From NCBI GenBank assembly GCA_026414225.1, contig JAOAJK010000002.1, positions 13,640-77,639 of the forward strand: 64,000 nucleotides of DNA, in the 5' to 3' direction. The notes beneath the pieces are model-generated. The model saw only the letters and a list, made by a program, of their open reading frames with translations. It had not been told where the DNA came from and searched no databases. The position numbers and the translations under genes were made by a program. Positions within the stretch are counted from its first letter, which is position 1. Each line of letters begins with the position of its first letter. Source of the DNA: Thermoplasmata archaeon. GTDB taxonomy: Archaea; Thermoplasmatota; Thermoplasmata; Lutacidiplasmatales; SKW197. Below, in pieces: positions 1 to 8,795 of the stretch.

Positions 1-16
1 AAAATACTGGGAGAAT

Positions 17-646
17 TTGGCAAAGAGCCCGTATGCCGGGGCCATCAGGTCTGCTTTGAATACAAGGATGTGTGTTGGCATAGAGGTCCCTGCGTTTCCG
101 AACAAGGCGAAGGAACTGGGAAGGTTGCTGAAGGACGGTTTCAACCTTGGAATTGAATTTGTGAACCTGAACGAACTGGAGTTTTCGGATACAAACTGGG
201 AGGGTCTGAGGCGGCTCAAAATCAGGGAAAAGGGGGGAGTTTCTGCTGCTGCGAAGGGGAGCGAGGAAGTGGCCCTCAGAATGCTGAGAGAATTTGAGAA
301 TTGCAGGGTGCACTACTGCTCCTCCGCATTTAAAGATGCAGTTCAACTGCGGAAGAGGTTGCTGAGGAGGGCAAAAAATGTGGCAAAGCCCTACGAGGTG
401 ATCACGGAGGAAGGCACTTTGCTGAGGGGCGTAATTTATGCAGAAAATCCGCTGAAATTAAAGCAGAAATTAATTGAGGAATTTAAAATTCCAGCAAATC
501 TCGTGGAGGTTGTGAGGGGAAAAAACCTCGTGCTCACGCACCCAGGTATTCTGGAAGAAATTGCGGAGGAACTTGACGGGAAGGCCTACATTGTGGAAGT
601 TTATCCAACCGAAGATGGGCTGGAAGTGGAGAGAATTCCGCTGTAA
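17..646 (+). CDS. Probable C-terminal fragment (N-terminus lies upstream of the window) of a radical-SAM-like/HhH-family protein, paralogous to the C-terminal half of the 32901-34544 product
   Basis: The ORF starts 16 nt from the window edge. Segments such as NWEGLRRLKIRE and LLRGVIYAE align with VRRINIRQ and FGRQIATYP in the 547-aa protein at 32901-34544. No other recognizable motif. Confidence 0.35.
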   Translation: MAKSPYAGAIRSALNTRMCVGIEVPAFPNKAKELGRLLKDGFNLGIEFVNLNELEFSDTNWEGLRRLKIREKGGVSAAAKGSEEVALRMLREFENCRVHYCSSAFKDAVQLRKRLLRRAKNVAKPYEVITEEGTLLRGVIYAENPLKLKQKLIEEFKIPANLVEVVRGKNLVLTHPGILEEIAEELDGKAYIVEVYPTEDGLEVERIPL

Positions 647-3600
647 TCACTCCCTCATCGTATCGTACAGTTTCCTTAAGTAGTAAACCCTCGCCCCGAT
701 CTTTTCGAACATCGCATACGCCTTTTCAAAGCACTCGATTGCCTCGTCCTTCCTCAACTGGTTCTTGTAGAGGATCCCGAGTTCGAAGTAGGTTTCTGCG
801 AGACGGTGCGGAAGATTTAGCTTTTCGAGAATTTCGACTGACCGCTTGAGATTCTCCTCAGCCCCGACAAAATCGCCTTTCAGACGCTTCGCAACCCCCA
901 TGTAGCGGTGAACACTCGCCAGTCCATGGAGGTCCCCGATTCTCTTCAGGTTCACATACGCTTCTTTCAGATACTCCTCTGCCTTTGCTACATTCCCCTT
1001 TCCCCTGAGATATACCTCTGCAAGGTTGAACATTGTCCAGTATGTTTCCCTGAAATAGCCCAGTTTCTTGAAAATTTCCAGGGCCTTTTCATAGCACTTT
1101 ACGGAATTCTCAAAGTCATGGATCTCAAGATAGGCCCCGCCGATGTTGTGGTATGCCCTTGCCATCTCGTAGTAAAAGTATTTTTCCTCGGCACACTTTA
1201 TCGCATCGCTGTATTCTGAGATTGCAGAATTGACATCACCCAGTTCAGAGTAAATCATTCCGGTCTCAATCTTGAGATTTACGAACAGGGAAAGGTCATT
1301 TACAGTTTCCGCATGTTTAAGTGCATCCCTGATATACTGTTTTGCCTTTTCATATTCGCCAGTTCGCCAGTAAATCAGGGCGAGCCCTTGCTCAGCGTAG
1401 GCGATTCCACATGCATCGTTGAGTTCCCTTGCAATTTTCAAACTTTCCTCGTAGTTCTTTATTCCCTCAATCCACTCACTTCTGTTATAATGCACATGTC
1501 CAATTCTTTCATAAAGCTTCATCAATTTCACTGCCCTATCTTTCTCGCTGAGCAAATTTCTCGCAATGTTCAGGGCTGCACCGTACGCCTTGAGCGAATC
1601 GTTCCATCTGGCAAGTATATCGTAGATCGTGCCCTTCAGCACATACATGTCAATCCTGCTCGAGAATGCAATTTCTGGCAGATTTTCAAGCAATTCCAGA
1701 ATGTCATGAATATACCCCTGCTGGAGGAGACGGAAGGAGTTTGTGGAGATTACATCCACAAGTTTTTCAAAATCCTTGGTTTTGTACAGGTGGTAGCCAC
1801 ATTCAAGATAAACCCTCTCTGAAAATGTGCCTTCCCTATTAATAATATCTAGATAATAGTGGGCAGCCCTGCTGTGAGCTTCATGTTTCTCGCTCGGAGA
1901 CATCATGTTGTAAAAGAATTCCCGCACGAGTTCATGGACCTCATAGTGATTGTTGGTAACATGGGTGAGCAAACCCCTGTTTATCAGGTTTGTGATGGTT
2001 TCGGTTGTGTAGGAGGGGAAAGTGTAGGCGATAGTGTCGAGTGAGACAGGGTGCCTGAAGACGGAGACATTCTTCAGGAAGGATTTTTCTGTTTCCCCTA
2101 GCTTCATGAAAATTTCGTTGAAAATAAACTTATAAATTCCGCTGCTCGTTTGCTTCACGTCCTCTGGAGATTTCAGGAATTCAAGTGCGAGGGGGTGCCC
2201 TTTTGTGAGGGCATAAATCTGCTCAAACATGTGTTCCGGAAAACCCTTCAATTTGAGAAACTCAAATGTGCTTTCCTTATCCAAACCCTTAAGCTCAAGC
2301 TCAAGCACAAGTTTTCGCTGCTCCACATCCCTTATGTCGTAGAAGGGCACAATATGTCTTGAGAGCATGATAAATTTTACACCTTCAATTCCTGCCACCA
2401 CATCCAGAAGGGAAGTAAAGAACTGCCTTATTTCCTCATTTACCTTCTGGAAATCGTCGATAAACACGATGAGTCCCGTGTTCTTTAACTCCCTCTCCAG
2501 AATGCCCAGCACCTCCCCGATATCTATCGTGGGCTTCGCTTCGATGTAATTTTTGAGATTGTGGCGTTTCAGCAAAAACAGAATCTCACTTAACTCAACA
2601 ACAATCGTCCGCAGATTCACCCAGTCGTAAATTCGCAGCCAGAACACATTGCATTTTTTCAGATAATTTCTGGCTACCTTCGCACCGAGCGTCGTCTTTC
2701 CCATCCCGGCAATTCCATGGATTACCATAAATTTGTGGGTCTTTGAATTTATGAAATCGTCTATTTTTTTCAATTCCTCGTGTCTGCCAAAGAAGTGAAC
2801 GATTGCGGGAATTTTGGCATGGAAGCTTGTAACTTCTTCTGAAATTTTTTCCAGAAATTCGGAGAGCGATGGAGTGCCAGGTGTAGCCGTGGATGTGGTT
2901 ATGACCTGCGGTTTCTCCACTGCTGGCTCACTCCTCCCCGTCTCCTCTGCCTTACTCAGTCCCTCTTCCCTTATCACCTCAAATTCTCTTTCAAGGAGGG
3001 CCAGGAAGCCAGCATCGACTGCAGCTGGGGAGAGGGGGATAATCAGGATGAGGTTGTTCGAGATTGTGAAGTCCTCGACCATGTGGATGAACTTTATGAT
3101 GGGGTCAAGTCCGTTCTGGGCAATCAGGTATTCCAACCCGTCAATCACCACGGCACCTGTCTTCATTTCTTCGGCAAAGCTCTTGATGATCGAGAAGATT
3201 CTGACCAGGTTGGTGGCGCTCACAGAACCTTCGCTCTCAATCCCGCTCAACCAGTAAATTTTCATTTTCTCCTCGCCGAGAAGTGTCTTTATCCGCTGCG
3301 GCGGGATTCTTGAGAGGAACAGACAGTTCTTCCCGTGCAGTTCCTTTCTGAACAGTGAGAATACAAATTCCTGTTTTGAAAACTCAATCAGATAGCACAC
3401 ACCTTCCGTTAAGGCCTTCTTTTCCTTCTGGGTGGGGATTTTCTCCTCTTTTTTAGCGAGAGCTTCCTCCTTCTTCGAGACCTCCATCACTTCCTTCAGA
3501 ATCTGCTCCTCTTTTTCCTCAGGGAGCCCGAAAATCCATTCCACCGCCTTCACATCTTCCCTTATTTTTTTGGCGTGCGCTATCCCCGGGGTCGTGAGAA

Positions 3601-3844
3601 AATACACCTTTCTTCTGCGTTCCGAACCGATTACATGGGCAAGTTTTTCCTCAATGTATCCCTTATCCAGGAGACCCTTGAGTGTTCTGGGCACATGGCT
3701 CCGCAAAATTCCCACTGCCTCCGCAATTCCATCCTGTGTTACTGCAAACGGCACCTCAAAATGATCCACATACTTGGTGTATTCATACAGGTGCAGCAGA
3801 ACCTTCTCTGCAGCGGTGAGCTTTATTCTGTGTCCATTAGCCAT
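647..3844 (-). CDS. Multidomain STAND-type P-loop NTPase: N-terminal winged HTH, DUF835/KaiC-like degenerate domain, NB-ARC/AAA-like NTPase (Walker A GIAGMGKTTL, Walker B LIVFIDDF), C-terminal TPR repeat array
   Basis: 1065-aa ORF. The N-terminus resembles ArsR/MarR wHTH regulators. Residues about 150-290 (YWLSGIESEGS...VIDGLEYL) look like DUF835. The Walker A sits at about residue 380. The C-terminal 400 aa are repetitive TPR-like helices with an AYxNIGxAYxxxxxxxxAxxxYxKAL periodicity. Confidence 0.6.
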   Translation of the reverse strand: MANGHRIKLTAAEKVLLHLYEYTKYVDHFEVPFAVTQDGIAEAVGILRSHVPRTLKGLLDKGYIEEKLAHVIGSERRRKVYFLTTPGIAHAKKIREDVKAVEWIFGLPEEKEEQILKEVMEVSKKEEALAKKEEKIPTQKEKKALTEGVCYLIEFSKQEFVFSLFRKELHGKNCLFLSRIPPQRIKTLLGEEKMKIYWLSGIESEGSVSATNLVRIFSIIKSFAEEMKTGAVVIDGLEYLIAQNGLDPIIKFIHMVEDFTISNNLILIIPLSPAAVDAGFLALLEREFEVIREEGLSKAEETGRSEPAVEKPQVITTSTATPGTPSLSEFLEKISEEVTSFHAKIPAIVHFFGRHEELKKIDDFINSKTHKFMVIHGIAGMGKTTLGAKVARNYLKKCNVFWLRIYDWVNLRTIVVELSEILFLLKRHNLKNYIEAKPTIDIGEVLGILERELKNTGLIVFIDDFQKVNEEIRQFFTSLLDVVAGIEGVKFIMLSRHIVPFYDIRDVEQRKLVLELELKGLDKESTFEFLKLKGFPEHMFEQIYALTKGHPLALEFLKSPEDVKQTSSGIYKFIFNEIFMKLGETEKSFLKNVSVFRHPVSLDTIAYTFPSYTTETITNLINRGLLTHVTNNHYEVHELVREFFYNMMSPSEKHEAHSRAAHYYLDIINREGTFSERVYLECGYHLYKTKDFEKLVDVISTNSFRLLQQGYIHDILELLENLPEIAFSSRIDMYVLKGTIYDILARWNDSLKAYGAALNIARNLLSEKDRAVKLMKLYERIGHVHYNRSEWIEGIKNYEESLKIARELNDACGIAYAEQGLALIYWRTGEYEKAKQYIRDALKHAETVNDLSLFVNLKIETGMIYSELGDVNSAISEYSDAIKCAEEKYFYYEMARAYHNIGGAYLEIHDFENSVKCYEKALEIFKKLGYFRETYWTMFNLAEVYLRGKGNVAKAEEYLKEAYVNLKRIGDLHGLASVHRYMGVAKRLKGDFVGAEENLKRSVEILEKLNLPHRLAETYFELGILYKNQLRKDEAIECFEKAYAMFEKIGARVYYLRKLYDTMRE

Positions 3845-3991
3845 TCAGGCGAGATAATGCAAAGGCAATAAATTAAACTTTCTGTTTACGGATTTTGCCG
3901 CATTCCAGGCGGTATTGCTTCCCTTTCTTATCCATGGAAAGCAGAGCATTTAATATATTTCCCAAGTATTCCAAAATCAAGAGGTAATTCC

Positions 3992-5404
3992 ATGGACGAA
4001 AACATAAGGTATATGTTCCATCCGAGAAGCATCGCCATAATCGGGGCATCAAACAAACTCTGGAAGGTGGGTCATGCCGTGATTGCGAATGTGCTTTACG
4101 GGGACTGTCTCAGACGGGACAGGCATCTGGGATACAAGGGCAAAATTTACCCAGTGAATCCCAACGAGGATGTCATATTTAACCTGCCTGCCTATCCCTC
4201 TATTCTGGCAATCCCTGATGAGGTTGACCTTGCCGTGATTGCAGTGCCTGCCAGGGCAGTGCCAGGGGTGATTGAAGAGTGCGGAAAAAAGGGGGTGAAG
4301 GCGGCAATAATAATTTCTGCTGGATTTGGAGAGACAGGTGAGGAGGGAAGGCGGGTTGAAGAGGCAATGGTGAAGACCGCCAGAGGTTATGGAATGCGAA
4401 TTCTTGGACCCAACTGCCTCGGGATCTACAGCCTGTATGAGGACCTGAACACCACATTTGCAAGGGCAATGCCTGCAAGGGGGCCAATTTCCTTTATCTC
4501 GCAGAGCGGTGCCTTCTGTGCCTCGGTAATCCAGTACTCGCTTGAGGAACATTTCGGTTTCTCAAATTTCGTGAGCATCGGAAACAAGTCAGACATCGAC
4601 GATGCCGACATAATCGAGTACTATGCCACGGATGAAAACACGAAGTGTGTGGCAATGTACATCGAAGCCCTGAAGAACGCAAGAAAGTTCCTGAAGGTGG
4701 CAAGGGAGGTCTGCAAGAAAATGCCAATTGTGGCTCTGAAGTCCGGGAGAACGGAAATCGGGAGAAATGCTGCAAAATCCCACACGGGCAGCATTGCGGG
4801 CAATGACATCGCCTACGAAGCCATGTTCCGCCAGACAGGCATCTACAGGGCAAGAACCATGAGCGAACTTTTCGATGCCGCAAGGGCTCTGGCTTACCAG
4901 CCACCGCCATCCCTCGATGGAGGAATTGCAATAGTGACGAACTCGGGTGGCCCTGGTGTTGTTGCCACCGACGCAGCCAGCGACCTAGGTTTGCCCCTTG
5001 CAAAACTCTCAGAACAAACCATCAATGAATTGAACAGGGTGTGTCCCCCCGAGTGGTCGCATAGAAACCCTGTGGACATTCTGGGTGACGCGAGCCCTGA
5101 CAGGTATGCAGAGTCAATCAGGGTGCTCCTCGAGGCGAAGGAGGTATCTGGATTGATTGTAATTACCGCTCCGCAGGCAATGACAGACCCTGAGACCCTG
5201 GCGAAAAGGATTGTGGAGGCAGCAAGGGGGACACACAAACCTGTGATTGCCTCGTTCGTCGGGATGATTTCAAGTCCAGCTGAAAATTATGTGGAGACCC
5301 AGGGAATACCTGAGATGTCGTTTCCGGAGGATGCCGTGTTTGGAATGCACGCGCTTGTGCATAGGGCCAGAATCTTGAGGAGGGAAGAAATATGGCAGGA
5401 ATAG
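3992..5404 (+). CDS. acdA: Acetyl-CoA synthetase (ADP-forming), alpha subunit (CoA-binding/succinyl-CoA-synthetase-like domains)
   Basis: IAIIGASNKxxKVGH CoA-binding N-terminus, then AAIIISAGFGE and GPNCLG motifs typical of NDP-forming acyl-CoA synthetase alpha. TATA TTTAATATA at 3949-3957. Its stop overlaps the start of the next gene. Confidence 0.8.
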   Translation: MDENIRYMFHPRSIAIIGASNKLWKVGHAVIANVLYGDCLRRDRHLGYKGKIYPVNPNEDVIFNLPAYPSILAIPDEVDLAVIAVPARAVPGVIEECGKKGVKAAIIISAGFGETGEEGRRVEEAMVKTARGYGMRILGPNCLGIYSLYEDLNTTFARAMPARGPISFISQSGAFCASVIQYSLEEHFGFSNFVSIGNKSDIDDADIIEYYATDENTKCVAMYIEALKNARKFLKVAREVCKKMPIVALKSGRTEIGRNAAKSHTGSIAGNDIAYEAMFRQTGIYRARTMSELFDAARALAYQPPPSLDGGIAIVTNSGGPGVVATDAASDLGLPLAKLSEQTINELNRVCPPEWSHRNPVDILGDASPDRYAESIRVLLEAKEVSGLIVITAPQAMTDPETLAKRIVEAARGTHKPVIASFVGMISSPAENYVETQGIPEMSFPEDAVFGMHALVHRARILRREEIWQE

Positions 5405-6108
5405 AGGCAAGCGAGGTTTTCGGGAAGGTGCTGGCAGAGGGCAGGACTGTGCTTTCCCTGGATGAGGCAAGAAGTGTGCTCGAGTCCATCGGGATAAAGT
5501 TCAATGCCTATGGATTTGCCGGAAATCTGGAGGAAGCGATTCAGCTCTCAAGGAAGATAGGCTACCCGGTGGCGATGAAAATTGTATCGCCCGATATAAT
5601 TCACAAAACCGAGGTGGGCGGGGTCAAGCTCTACCTTCAGAGCGAGCTGGATATTGTGCATGCCTACGAGCAGATGATGGAAAATGTGCGGAAGCTGATG
5701 CCGAATGCAAGGGTGCTTGGTGTGAGCGTTGAGGAGATGTTGAGGGGCACCGAGCTGGTGATTGGCGTCACAAGGGACGAGCAGTTCGGGCCGATGCTTA
5801 TGTTCGGGCTCGGCGGCATCTGGGTTGAAATTTATAAGGATGTATCGTTCAGAATAATCCCGCTCGAGCGTGTGGATGCCTGGGAGATGATCCATGAAAT
5901 AAAGGGAATAGAGATAATCGAGGGCGCCAGGGGCTTCGAGCCGGTAAACAAGAAAAAGGTTGTGGACTACATTATGAAAGTTTCCAGTTTTGTGGAAAAA
6001 CACCAGGAAATCGAGGAGATGGATATAAACCCTCTGATGGGGATCCGGGGGGACCTTTACGCAATTGACGCCAGGATAATTTTGAGGGGAAGAGAAGAGC
6101 AGAAATAA
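5392..6108 (+). CDS. acdB: Acetyl-CoA synthetase (ADP-forming), beta subunit (ATP-grasp)
   Basis: ATP-grasp signature (GYPVAMKIVSPDIIHKTEVGGVKL). The start is embedded in the last codons of acdA (ATGGCAGGAATAG), giving translational coupling. Confidence 0.75.
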   Translation: MAGIEASEVFGKVLAEGRTVLSLDEARSVLESIGIKFNAYGFAGNLEEAIQLSRKIGYPVAMKIVSPDIIHKTEVGGVKLYLQSELDIVHAYEQMMENVRKLMPNARVLGVSVEEMLRGTELVIGVTRDEQFGPMLMFGLGGIWVEIYKDVSFRIIPLERVDAWEMIHEIKGIEIIEGARGFEPVNKKKVVDYIMKVSSFVEKHQEIEEMDINPLMGIRGDLYAIDARIILRGREEQK

Positions 6109-6139
6109 TAAATACTCCCTTTTTCATAAGTTAAGATGT

Positions 6140-8095
6140 ATGTCATTAAAGTGCAGTAACTGTGGGACTGAACTTCCCGAGGATTCAACCGTCTGCCCGA
6201 AATGCGGGACACTGGTCGCGTTTGTTTCTGCCGAGGAACGGGACAAAAAATTGAAGGAACTCGCTTCCCTGCTTGAAATTGAGGAAGCCCCACATGAAGA
6301 GGTGGAGCCGAAACTCACTGAAGGGCCCTCTGCAATCCATACGAAGAAGGAGAACGGAAGGGTAGGTTTTACCAACGGAAAGGTGAATGGACTGAGTGAG
6401 AGAACCGGGTTTACAAATGGCAGGAAGAAGGGAATTGAACGCAGGGCCTATGCTGAAAGAAAGTGGATAGTTATTGCACTGGGTGTAGTCCTTCTGGTCA
6501 TTGCATCAGGATTCCTCGTGTATTTCATGCTCCCTCACCCGGCTGGCAAAATTTCGGTCGATGGAGATTTCGGCGACTGGGATGAAGTCCCGAGGACAAT
6601 GGTAAGTTCGTCGGTGCCCAGGGATTCGATTGCACCTGTGGAACTGGCTACATTTGTGGAGGAGAAGTGGGTCTCCTTTTATGTGAAGGTCAGGGGAAAC
6701 ATTTTCTCTGGCTCTCCCCAAGCGATGGCAGATAGAATCACGGACGGATGCTACATTTTGATTGACAGCGATAGGTCTCCTGAGACGGGCTACGCTGCAC
6801 TCGGCTACGGATTCGACTACAAAATCACAGTGTTCGGCGAGGGTGGCGGTGTAAGGAGCAGTGCCCTGTACGCTTACGAAGGCACGGAGAGCAGGATTAA
6901 CTGGTCGGCCTGGAAAATGGTATCCTCGTTGAGAGCCGCAAATTCCGGTTCCCAAATGGAAGTCCAGGTGGGCAGAAATACTGCATCATTCGGTGAGAAT
7001 TTTACCGCAATGCTCATAATGAAGTCCTGGGATGGGATTGCTGCTGAGCCATTCCTGTTCTCAAAGAACGGGATGTATCTTGAGGTGAAGGTTTTGCCTG
7101 CTGCCCCGCTTGTTCTGGGAGATACACCGGAGTTTCTGAAAATTGAATTCTGTGCGAAGGGCGGTGATGCCTCCCTGAATAAAATTTCCTTCAAGGTTCT
7201 GGGCGACGCGAGGAATTATACCGTATCCCTCGGAGACGGGAGCAAGGCTATCGGAAGTGCCGAGGTAAGCGGCGATGCTGCAGTTTCAATCGACGCAGGT
7301 GGATATAAACTGAACAAGAATGCAATCGTCACAATCGTGCTTTCCGGCAATCTGAGTGGAGTAGCGGGCGGAAGCACCGCGGGTTTTAGGCTGGATTCGG
7401 CATCAGCCATCGATGCCAGTGCTGCGGTTTTACTCAGGTACCCTGCAACATCCGTTGGGAATTTTGTGGGTTACTACCAGGCAATTCCAGAGATTGTCGA
7501 CATTGACGGTGCCTTCGGTGAATGGAAGGAAGTTGAGCAAGAACCTGCAAGAATTGCAAATCCAAATGTGGACATCAAGGAGCATGCTGTTGCCTTCGGA
7601 ACCACGCTGGGAATGTATGTGGGGGTTGAAGGCAGAATCTTCAACGGGGAGGTTGTGCCTGAACGCACTCCGGTCATTGGCACTGGTGGTGGCACTCAGC
7701 AGCCACCGGGCTATGTTTCCGGGGAGGATATCCTCCGGGTCTACCTCTACACCACCCTTTCCTACACGAGCCCAGATTATATGGTGGAAATCACGGGGAA
7801 GGACAATGAGATAAGAAGTTCGGCGTTCTACACCCGTGCAAACGGGACATGGGTGAAGTTACAGAATGTGAATGCAAGGGTTTCGGAGTGGCAGGTGGAG
7901 TTCGAGGTTCCGAATGTTGTGAAAAACACATTCTTCTATGTTGAGATGGAATTCAGGGACTGGAACAGTTCGGGTGTCAGCAGAATAATCCTCAGTCCTG
8001 GTGTTGGTGAAGGTGTCCAGGTGCTAGTTGTGATTCCCCTGGTTCTTATCGCAACCTGGGTAATTTATAGAAAAAGAGAAGAACGGTATGATTGA
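6140..8095 (+). CDS. Membrane protein with N-terminal cytoplasmic zinc ribbon (CSNCG...CPKCG), one TM, large extracytoplasmic domain with two DGxFGxW repeat modules, C-terminal TM anchor
   Basis: CxxC...CxxC in the first 25 aa. Hydrophobic segment IVIALGVVLLVIASGFLVYFML. The repeats are ISVDGDFGDWDEV and IVDIDGAFGEWKEV. C-terminal VLVVIPLVLIATWVIYRKRE. The stop overlaps the start of the ABC ATPase gene. Confidence 0.5.
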   Translation: MSLKCSNCGTELPEDSTVCPKCGTLVAFVSAEERDKKLKELASLLEIEEAPHEEVEPKLTEGPSAIHTKKENGRVGFTNGKVNGLSERTGFTNGRKKGIERRAYAERKWIVIALGVVLLVIASGFLVYFMLPHPAGKISVDGDFGDWDEVPRTMVSSSVPRDSIAPVELATFVEEKWVSFYVKVRGNIFSGSPQAMADRITDGCYILIDSDRSPETGYAALGYGFDYKITVFGEGGGVRSSALYAYEGTESRINWSAWKMVSSLRAANSGSQMEVQVGRNTASFGENFTAMLIMKSWDGIAAEPFLFSKNGMYLEVKVLPAAPLVLGDTPEFLKIEFCAKGGDASLNKISFKVLGDARNYTVSLGDGSKAIGSAEVSGDAAVSIDAGGYKLNKNAIVTIVLSGNLSGVAGGSTAGFRLDSASAIDASAAVLLRYPATSVGNFVGYYQAIPEIVDIDGAFGEWKEVEQEPARIANPNVDIKEHAVAFGTTLGMYVGVEGRIFNGEVVPERTPVIGTGGGTQQPPGYVSGEDILRVYLYTTLSYTSPDYMVEITGKDNEIRSSAFYTRANGTWVKLQNVNARVSEWQVEFEVPNVVKNTFFYVEMEFRDWNSSGVSRIILSPGVGEGVQVLVVIPLVLIATWVIYRKREERYD

Positions 8096-8795
8096 ATGCA
8101 AGGCAATCACAAAAAAATTCGACAGTTTCGTAGCCCTCTCAGAAATTTCATTTACAGTTGAGAAGGGTGTTTTCGGACTCCTTGGCACCAATGGAGCTGG
8201 CAAGACCACAACGATAAAGATTCTCGTGACGCTGCTCAGGCCCACATCGGGCACCGCGTTGATAGATGGAATCGATGTGGTGAAATCGCCGATGGAGGTT
8301 AAGAAGAAAATAGGTTACCTGCCGGAGATGCCAATGCTCTTCGAGCATTTGACTGGTAGGGAATTTCTGGAATTGCTGGGGACCCTGAGAATGATGGATA
8401 AAAAGGCAATAGAGGGAAGGATTGAGGAGTTAGCCAGAATGCTTGGCATCGTTGAGTATCTGGATGTGCTATGCTCCACCCTTTCAAAGGGCACAAGGCA
8501 AAAGTTAGCGTTCGCCGGCGCGGTCTTTCACGAGCCCGAGTATCTGTTCCTGGACGAGCCGATGCTCGGAATGGACCCGAAATACTGGCATGTGGCCAAG
8601 AATTACATAAAGGATTATGGGCGAAATCATGTGGTGTTTATGAGCACCCACATTACGAATCTTGCGGAAGAAATCTGCGATAGCATAGGAATTATCCATA
8701 GGGGGAAACTTCTTGCATGCGGAAAACTGGGCGAGGTGAAGGGGGCACTCAGCCTTGAGGAATCTCTGATAGAGAAGATTGACGCTGCAGGGTGA
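8088..8795 (+). CDS. ABC transporter ATP-binding protein
   Basis: Walker A GTNGAGKTT, signature LSKGTRQKL, Walker B LFLDEP. Its start overlaps the previous gene by 8 nt. Confidence 0.8.
   Translation: MIECKAITKKFDSFVALSEISFTVEKGVFGLLGTNGAGKTTTIKILVTLLRPTSGTALIDGIDVVKSPMEVKKKIGYLPEMPMLFEHLTGREFLELLGTLRMMDKKAIEGRIEELARMLGIVEYLDVLCSTLSKGTRQKLAFAGAVFHEPEYLFLDEPMLGMDPKYWHVAKNYIKDYGRNHVVFMSTHITNLAEEICDSIGIIHRGKLLACGKLGEVKGALSLEESLIEKIDAAG

Noticed and set aside
908-3871. Plus-strand ORFs of 60-170 aa (908-1219, 1313-1822, 2814-3257 and others) inside the STAND NTPase gene
   Set aside because: They are antisense shadow ORFs inside a 1065-aa minus-strand gene with coherent domain structure. They have no motifs and low-complexity composition.
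4049-5504. Minus-strand ORFs overlapping acdA/acdB (Pro/Arg/Cys-rich translations)
   Set aside because: Their composition is typical of out-of-frame reads of a GC-moderate gene. The sense-strand proteins have clear ACD motifs.
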